A stretch of DNA of 45,831 nt from the NCBI RefSeq assembly GCF_006345805.1, contig NW_021834650.1:1-45831 (forward strand), read 5' to 3'. The position numbers were made by a program, and so were the translations under genes. Shown here piece by piece: positions 37,301-45,831 of the stretch. Source of the stretch: Octopus sinensis (taxonomy: Eukaryota). Each line of letters begins with the position of its first letter. Within the stretch, counting starts at the first letter, position 1. The notes under the pieces were generated by a model. The model did not search any database. It saw only the letters and a list, made by a program, of their open reading frames with translations, and was not told the DNA's origin.

Positions 37301-39950
37301 CGGTACTCTCTTTGATCTGGTCGGCACCCTTTTTGATCTCTGTCGGCACGCTCTTTGATCTCTGTCGGTACTCTCTTTGATCTCTGTCCGCACTCCCTTG
37401 ATCTCTGTCGGCACCTCTTTGATCTCCGTCGGCATCCCCTTTGATCTCTGTCGGCACCCTCTTTGATCTCCGTCGGCATCCCCTTTGATCTCTGTGGGCA
37501 TCCCCTTTGATCTCTGTCGGCACTCTCTTTGATCTATGTCGGCACCGTGTTTGATCTCTGTCGGCACCGTCTTTGATCTCTGTCGGCACCGTCTTTGATC
37601 TTTGAACCGGTTTGATCCGGTCTGAACACGTCTGATCCGGTTTGATCAGGTTTGAACCGGTTTGATCCGGTTTGAACCGGTTTGATTCGGTTTGATCAGG
37701 TTTGAACCGGTTTGAACCGGGTTGATCCGGTTGGACCGGTTTGATTCGGTTTGAACCGGTTTGAACCGGTTTGAACCGGTTTGATCAGGTTTGAATCGGT
37801 TTGATAAGGTTTGAACCGGTTTGTCGGCACCGTCTTTGATCTCTGTCGGCACACTCTATGATTTTTGTCGGTATCCCCTTTGATCTCTGTCGGCATCCCC
37901 TTTGATGTCTGCCGACACTATCTTTCATCTCTGTCGGCACCCTCTTTGATCTCTGTCGGCACCCCCTTTGATCTCTGTCGGCACCCTCTTTGATCTATGT
38001 CGGTTCTCTCTTTGATCTCTGTCAACACTCCCTTTGATCTCTGTCGGCACGCTCTTTGATCTCTGTCGGCACCCCCTTTGATCTATGTCGACACCCTCTT
38101 TGATCTATGCCGGTACTCTCTTTGATCTCTGTCGGCACCCCTTTGATCTCTGTCGGCACCCTCTATGATCTTTGTCGGCATCCCCCTTGATCTCTGTCGA
38201 CATCCCCTTTGATGTCTGCCGACACTATCTTTGATCTCTGTCGACACCCTCTTTGATCTCTGTCGGCACCCCTTTGATCTCTGTCGGTACTCTCTTTCGG
38301 CCAGTGTATATAATTTGGTCTCTGTCGGCATCCACTTTGATCTCTGTCGGCATCCCCTTTGATCTCTGTCGGCATCCCCTTTGATCTCTGTCGGCACTAT
38401 CTTTGATCTCTGTCGGCACCGTCTTTGATCTCTGTCGGTACTCTCTTTGATCTTTGTCCGCACTCCCTTTGATCTCTGTCGTCACCCCCTTTTATCTCTG
38501 CCGGCACTCTCTTTGATCTCTGTCGGCATCGTCTTTAATCTCTGTCGGCACCGTCTTTGATCTTTGAACCGGTTTGAACGGTCTGAACAGGTCTGATCCG
38601 GTTTGATCAGGTTTGAACCGGTTTGATCCGGTTTGAACCGGTTTAAATTCGGTTTGAACCGGTTCGAACCGGTTTGTCGGCACCGTCTTTGATCTCTGTC
38701 GGCACCCCTTTGATCTCTGTCGGCACCCCTTTGATCTCTGTCGGCACCCTCTTTGATCTCTGTCGGCATCCCCTTTGATTTCAGTCGGCACTCTCTTTGA
38801 TCTCTGTCGGCACTCTCTTTGATCTCTGTCGGCACTCTCTTTGATCTCTGTCGGCTTCCCTTTGATCTGTGTCGGCACCCTCTTTGATCTCTGTCGGCAC
38901 CCTTTTTTGATCTCTGTCGGCACACTCTTTGATCTCTGTCGGTACTCTCTTTGATCTCTGTCCGCACTCCCTTTGATCTCCGTCCGCACTCTCTTTGATC
39001 TCCGTCGGCACCCACTTTGATCTCTGTCGGCACCCTCTTTGATCTCCGTCGGCATCCCCTTTTATCTCTGTCGGCATCCCGTTTGATCTTTGTCGGCACT
39101 CTCTTTGATCTCTGTCGGCACTCCCTTTGATCTCTGTCGCCACCCTTTTGATCCCTGTCGACATCCCCTTTGATCTCTGTCGGCATCCCCTTTGATGTTT
39201 GTCGGCACCATCTGTGATCTCTGTCGGCACCCTCTTTGATCTCCGTCGGCATCCCCTTTGATCTCTGTCGGCGTCCCCTTTGATCTCTGTCGGTACTCTC
39301 TTTGATCTCTGGTCGGCACCCCTTTGATCTATGTCGGCACCCTCTCTGATCTCTGTCGACACCCTCTTTGATCCCTGTCGGCACCCTCTTTGATCTCTGT
39401 CGGCACTCACTTTGATCTCTGTCTGTACCCTCTTTGATCTCTGTCGGCACCCTCTTTGATCTCTGTCGGCACCATCTTTGATCTTTTTCGGCACCTTCTT
39501 TGATCTCTGTCGGCGCCCTCTTTGATCTCTGTCGGCACGCTCTTTGATCTCTGTCGGCACTCTCTTTGATCTTAGTCTGTGCCCTCTTTGATCTCTCTCC
39601 GCACGCTCTTTTATCTCTGTTGGCACCCTTTTTGATCTCTGTGGGCACGCTCTTTGATCTCTGTCAGGTATGTCTGGAATGTCCTGAATGTCCTGAATGA
39701 CAGGAATTTCTGGAATGTCCGGAATGTCAGGAATGTCAGGAATGTCTGGAATGTCATGAATGTCTGTCGGCACCCTCTTTGATCTCTGTCGGCACCCTCT
39801 TTTATCTCTGTCGGCAACCCTCTTTGATCTCTTTCGGGACCCTCTTTGATCTCTGTCGGCACCCTCTTTGATCTCTTTCGGCACCGTCTTTGATCTCTGT
39901 CGGCACCCTCTTTGATCACTTTCGGCACCGTCTTTGATATCTGCAGACAT
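34362..39950. repeat. Composite satellite: roughly 200 x 21-22-bp units (CTCTTTGATCTCTGTCGGCACC) interleaved with five 10-bp-unit blocks (TTGAACCGGT)
   Basis: 10-bp blocks at 34881-35172, 35369-35590, 36292-36512, 37602-37822, 38564-38675; about 1.31-1.33-kb higher-order duplication; first ~150 bp inverted. Unit count estimated from length. Confidence 0.97.
39666..39764. repeat. Eleven 9-bp units (NNGAATGTC) inserted in the satellite
   Basis: Directly visible; TGTC is duplicated at the insertion point. Confidence 0.92.
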
Positions 39951-40559
39951 GCTCTTGTAAAGGATGTCTACATCATAAATGATGAACACAATTATTTATA
40001 CACTGAATCTTCAAAACAATGAATATCCCTAAATATATAACAATAGATAATACTGAAATAAATAAAAATAATTACAGTCGAAAAGACACATATTAGCCAC
40101 TGAAAAGCACGCAATTTCTGTTACCTTCACCCAAACAGTTATTTAATCTCAGAATTTTCTTCGCACCAAACAATAGCTGTTTAAGTGAAGTTAACAATTT
40201 TCGTGTTACTGAATTGCTACTGTTGTTTTTTTTTAATTTCAACGCATGACCTCAAATAAAATCACTTGCCTAACAAGTAATTCCTCGAAATAACAAATAA
40301 GGAACAATACAAAAGAAACAAAAACATTTTTTTGAAAAAGGGAATTGCTTCGATTACTTTGAAATGCATCTGATCAACCAGTTACAAAACTTTTAATCGA
40401 ACAAACAGAGAAATAAAAAAAAATACTTCATGCTACTATTAAGAAATTCTACTTGGAGATATAACAATAGAAAAATACTATGAAACATAAACTTACACAT
40501 ATGCACACATACATATATGGATCATATACATCCAAGAGTTGAACATATATGTCTGTTTG

Positions 40560-40630
<71 letters not shown>

Positions 40631-41071
40631 GTCTGTCTGTGTACATCTCTGTCTTTCTGTTTGTCTACTGCGTAAATGTGTGTATACACACACATATATA
40701 TATACATACACGTATATATATACATATATATATACACACACAAACATATGCATATATATACACTCACATATATATATACATATATACATATATATATATA
40801 TGTATATACATACATATATATGTATATATACATATGCATATATATACACAGTATACGTATACATATATGTATATATACGTGTGTATGTTAGTATCTGTGT
40901 ATATTTTTGTATGTGCGAGTGCGTGTGTGTGTTGGTGCGCGCGCACCGGCTGTGAACTTGATATCGAACACGACCACATTATCATTTATATACTGTAACA
41001 TGGCAGATAGGATGGTTTCCACCATTATCCCCCAAATAATTTCGAAGTCCTCATGTTGGTATGCTCCCTTA

Positions 41072-41489
41072 TTCTTTTACTCTTTTACTTGTTTCAGTCA
41101 TTTGCCTGCGGCCATGCTGGAGCACCGCCTTTAGTCGAGCAACTCGACCCCGGGACTTATTCTTTGTAAGCCCAATACTTATTCTATCGGTCTCTTTAGC
41201 CGAACCGCTAAGTGACGGGGACATAAACACACCAGCATCGGTTGTCAAGCAATGCTAGGGGGACAAACACAGACACACAAATACACACGCACACACACAC
41301 ACACATATATATCTATACATATATACGACGGGATTCTTTCAGTATCCGTCTACCAAATCCACTGACAAGGCTTTGGTCGGGTCGAGGCTATAGTAGAAGA
41401 CACATGCCCAAAGTACCACACAGTGGGACTGAACCCGGAATCATGTGGTTGGTAAGCAAGCTACTTACCACACAGCCACTCCTGCGCTA
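41072..41489 (-). mobile_element. Full-length SINE family A
   Basis: Reverse-complement copy whose head is tandemly amplified. Confidence 0.92.
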
Positions 41490-41636
41490 CACACAGCCAC
41501 TCCTGCGCTACGCACAGCCACTCCTGCGCTACACACAGCCACTCCTGCGCTACACACAGCCACTCCTGCGCTACACACAGCCACTCCTGCGCTACACACA
41601 GCCACTCCTGCGCTACACACAGCCACTCCTGCTGCG
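41469..41636 (-). repeat. About 8 x 21-bp minisatellite derived from the SINE 5' end
   Basis: cacacagccactcctgcgcta: seven full units plus one near-full unit. Confidence 0.95.
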
Positions 41637-41825
41637 TTATTTTTTATTTATTTGTGACGTATGTATAACATTAATTTGTCAAGAATCACATCAATGATAT
41701 TTTCCCCCTTGTGTATTCATCCAAAACATATTTTCACCCTGGAACCAGATAAGCATACCTTTGGACACAAAATGCAGCAGTGTTTCGTTTGGACTGTTAG
41801 AGCTCTATACATACATGCAAAGAAG

Positions 41826-42612
41826 CATACATACATACATACATACATACATACATACATACATACATACAAACATACATACATATATACATACATACAT
41901 ACATACATGCATGCATGCATACATACATACATACATACATATATACATACATACATACATACATGCATGCATGCATACATACATACATACATACATACAT
42001 ACATACATGCATACATACATACATACACACATGCATACGTACATACATACACACATGCATACATACATACATACATACACACATACATACATACATACAA
42101 ACATACATACACACATGCATACATACATACATACATACATACATACATACATGTATACATACAAACATACATACATACATACATACATACATACAAACAT
42201 ACATACACACATGCATACATACATACATACACACATACATACATACATACATACATACACACATACATACATGCATGCATGCATACATACATACATACAC
42301 ACATGCATACATACATACATGCATACATACATACAAACATACATACATACATACATACATACACACATACATACATACATACATACATACATACATACAA
42401 ACATACATACACACATGCATACATACATACATACATACATACATACACACATACATACATACATACATACATACATACATACATACATACATACATACAT
42501 ACATACATACATACAAACATACATACACACATGCATACATACATACATACATACATACATACATACATACACACATACATACATACATACACACATGCAT
42601 ACGTACATACAA
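41826..42612. repeat. Long degenerate (CATA)n microsatellite
   Basis: Directly visible. Confidence 0.95.
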
Positions 42613-42675
42613 ACATACGGAAAGATAGGCACACGCACACATGCATATATGTACGTATGTTTGTGTGTATATGTA

Positions 42676-42722
<47 letters not shown>

Positions 42723-43468
42723 TGGGTTTACACACTCATATATATGTGGGTTACGTATATAAATGATATATATATTTATGTATGTATGTATATATATATG
42801 TATATATATATACATATACATATACATACCTACATACCTACATATATATATATATATATATATAATATTATATATATATATATATATACATACCTACATA
42901 TATATGCATGTATTTAAGTATACATATGTATACATGCGCATACACGCGTGACAAAAAATATGCGACAAAAGTATACAGCACTATTCCAACAAAACCATAT
43001 TAATTACCTATAAATCTAAAACGGCTATGAGCGTTCAGTGACAAACATTACCATCCTTATAGGCATTTTGTAACAAATATTACCGTTGTATTTGTTGAAT
43101 ATAATCAATATTTATATGCAATGTTAAGTATTATCCGATGTGATAGAGCGAATGAATATAAAAATACTTGTGCAAGGGCTATGAACATAGATATAATTAA
43201 CTTCATTGTGATTCGTAATAGTGATATCTTCCTGTCATCCGTTTCCTAATTATATACAATATTGAATATTAATGGGTTAAAATAAATAATACAATAGGAT
43301 ATATATACTTTTATACGAAACAGTATACAGATTAAATAAAAAAAAGAGCAGAATAGACTGTGCAGAAGAAACGAATATGCTGGCAACGAACAAAGACAAT
43401 ACACAAGCATATCTTTGTATATCATTCATGCATGATAACATGAATAAATGTGTGTTTATATATATATA

Positions 43469-43525
<57 letters not shown>

Positions 43526-43545
43526 GTATATATATATATATATAT

Positions 43546-43576
<31 letters not shown>

Positions 43577-43661
43577 TTATATATGTATATATATATATAT
43601 ATTGCATATATAACTATGCATATCTACATCAATATCTAGATCTATCTATCAATCTATTTTC

Positions 43662-43707
<46 letters not shown>

Positions 43708-43847
43708 GTGTGTATATATAAATATATATATAAATATTGATAGATAGATAGATAGACAGAGATTGAGAGAGAGAGAGAGAGAGAAACAGGCACAGAGAGA
43801 CAGAGTGATATAGTGGGAGAGAAATGGAGATACACATACATATATTT

Positions 43848-43954
43848 ATTTCTTACTGATGATTCTAAGGGCCTATGGAAGATTGGCTTGATTTAATTTA
43901 ATCAGGTTAGTTTACCATTAAACAGTAGATGAAACGGTGCATCGTATAAGAAAT
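43848..43954 (+). ncRNA. Type I hammerhead ribozyme, copy 1
   Basis: Stem I ATTTCTTA/TAAGAAAT; CTGATGA 43856-43862; long stem II; GAAA 43931-43934; stem III ACGG-TGCA-TCGT; GUA cut site after 43946. Confidence 0.85.
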
Positions 43955-44332
43955 TACAGGGTAAATGTTTTTTAATTTTCTCCTGGTTTACGGAATTGAT
44001 GTTATTTTGCGGTTGAAGCTTTTGGCTGTTATTTCTAGTGGGTGAATGGCCTATTATGGCCGTTCCTTGATTGTGATGTGAACTTAAAAATGGTCTATGA
44101 CTATTTAATTTTTCCCACTAGGCCGCTGGTGGCAAAAAATTCTACAAAATTTTTTGCCACCCTATATTGATTAATTATGAATTTTCTGGTTAATTCCGTA
44201 ATGGAATCGGCGGCTTATATTTATTTGCTGCCGATAAATTTGGCGCGAGTGCGATGATTTGAAAATTTTAGGTCAGATATTGCCGAGGCAGGGTCGGAAA
44301 TGCCTCGTGAAAATATCTGTTCCGACTTGGCT

Positions 44333-44439
44333 ATTTCTTACTGATGATTCTAAGGGCCTATGGAAGATTGGCTTGATTTAATTTAATCAGGTTAGTTTAC
44401 CATTAAACAGTAGATGAAACGGTGCATCGTATAAGAAAT
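44333..44439 (+). ncRNA. Type I hammerhead ribozyme, copy 2
   Basis: Identical to copy 1: CTGATGA 44341-44347, GAAA 44416-44419, cut after 44431; stem I extendable via CTTG/CAGG across a 3x2 internal loop. Confidence 0.87.
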
Positions 44440-44637
44440 TACAGGGTAAATGTTTTTTAATTTTCTCCTGGTTTACGGAATTGATGTTATTTTGCGGTTG
44501 AAGCTTTTGGCTGTTATTTCTAGTGGGTGAATGGCCTATTATGGCCGTTCCTTGATTGTGATGTATATATATATATATATATATATGCATGTATATGTAT
44601 ATATGTATATGTATGTATGCATGTACACATACACATG

Positions 44638-44698
<61 letters not shown>

Positions 44699-45000
44699 TA
44701 TGCATAAGTATAGAGAAGTGTATTTGAATATACGTATATATGTTTTGTATGTTCGTTTTGTTTCTGCATGCATTTGTGTTATTAATAAATAATGAATATT
44801 TGTTTCAGATATAGAGGATAGAATGTTATATAACAATGAATCGTTCTAATATTGTCACTTAATAAAGTAGTGTGACGGATAATTTATGCATGGATTACAT
44901 ATTTGTGCCAATTAATATGGAAATTAATTTATATTCATATGCTTATGAATGGATTGAAAGCAAACGCACACTTATGTTCACACACATACACATATATACT

Positions 45001-45475
45001 TTCGTGGTCTGATCAATAAATATCCGGATAGTTGCCATAATAACGAAGCTAAAACACACAGATTGAACCTGCTTGGCATAGATTGACCTTGAACACTGCA
45101 GTGTATGCACAATAAGCTTTAACGTCCTAGATCACGTCTGCTGTTTACAGCAGTGATTCAACGAAAGGTGTGTAGCGTATGATCGTCGCATTGACGATGT
45201 TAGAGATATCTGAGCAGACAATCTGCATCAAATTTTGGCAAAAGCTTGGCGATACCTGCTCAGACATTTACGCAAAGTTGTCAAAAATCTTCCATCGTTC
45301 TCGTGTAGATCTCATCGTTCTCGTGAAGTTTTCATCATTCTCAAGGAGATCTCGTGCAACGGAAACGGGAGTGTCCTTTTGGTCAGCTTAAAGCAGTTTT
45401 GACACAAACTTGGCTGGCACGCATCTCATACCCACATCTTCAGTGATAATGGTCTGAAATGAAATTTCGTCTGCT
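45001..45475 (+). mobile_element. Rearranged mariner element: 5' TIR and transposase N-terminus (+), inverted internal transposase segment (-)
   Basis: TIR-like cgtggtctgatcaataaatatccgga; EQTICIKFWQKLGDTCSDIYAKL on +; QTIITEDVGMRCVPAKFVSKLL*ADQKDTPVSVARDLLENDENF on - (about 45472-45325). Confidence 0.85.
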
Positions 45476-45831
45476 ACAGACACACTTTAGCACTATACCT
45501 CTATAGGAGAATCTTTCTCAGGACGAACTCTGTCTCCGTTAAGTGAATTATGCAGAATACTATTCTCAATCACTGCTGCCTTCGTGACGAATAACAAATT
45601 TTTATCCATCAGCCAGCTGTTTGCGACAAAACTGCCTTGTTAACTGTTTTTCTTTTCCGGTAGAGACTAATTTTTCTAAGCGTGCGTTTCACATTTGATA
45701 CTGATGAGTGCAAAGGCATAGAATTTAGCAACTACACTTCAAGACGAATAATGCAGTTCTCTGTGTGCCTTTCAATTGTATATCCATATTAAGTAAGAGA
45801 TGCAGTTTATATATATGTACATATATATATA

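Larger units (their letters stand above)
43847..44564 (+). mobile_element. ORF-less hammerhead-bearing tandem element (retrozyme or PLE pseudo-LTR-like), 485-bp period
   Basis: Identical 233-bp direct repeats (43847-44079, 44332-44564), each containing a hammerhead; structured 252-bp spacer; microsatellite flanks. Confidence 0.8.

Noticed and set aside
34331-39928. Many ORFs (VPTEIKEGADRDQRG..., TGSNRFKPVQ...)
   Set aside because: The unit lacks minus-strand stop codons, so all frames are open by composition; only the DIP-containing frame was kept as a hypothesis.
34362-39950. CRISPR-like appearance of the 22-bp repeats
   Set aside because: Units are head-to-tail with no unique spacers, there are no cas genes, and the context is eukaryotic.
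41661-42917. Long ORFs up to 418 aa (HTYI/MYVC repeats)
   Set aside because: Translations of (CATA)n; the same applies to all YI/HT/CV-rich ORFs in the track.
45701-45730. CTGATGA-GTGC-aaag-GCAT hammerhead-like start
   Set aside because: Followed by AGAAT rather than GAAA, with no stem III or NUH site.

Overview
AT-rich, repeat-saturated eukaryotic DNA; the SINE/LINE/microsatellite repertoire points to an octopus (cephalopod) genome, which is an inference from remembered repeat families. I could not confidently identify any host protein-coding gene, and nearly all listed ORFs are translations of microsatellites or tandem repeats. Contents: four tRNA-headed SINE families (about 28 copies or fragments), CR1/L2-like and probable L1/Tx1-like LINE 3' ends, three decayed Tc1/mariner-superfamily transposases (maT/DD37D-like, DD41D, mariner), a Penelope-like ORF N-terminus, and a 5.6-kb composite satellite (34362-39950) alternating 21-22-bp and 10-bp repeat blocks. 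Top finding: an ORF-less, highly structured 485-bp tandem unit at 43847-44564 with two identical type I hammerhead ribozyme motifs (retrozyme or Penelope pseudo-LTR-like), predicted to release a 485-nt, possibly circularisable RNA. Further hammerhead motifs lie at 8.1, 9.6 and 9.9 kb. All structures were folded by eye.
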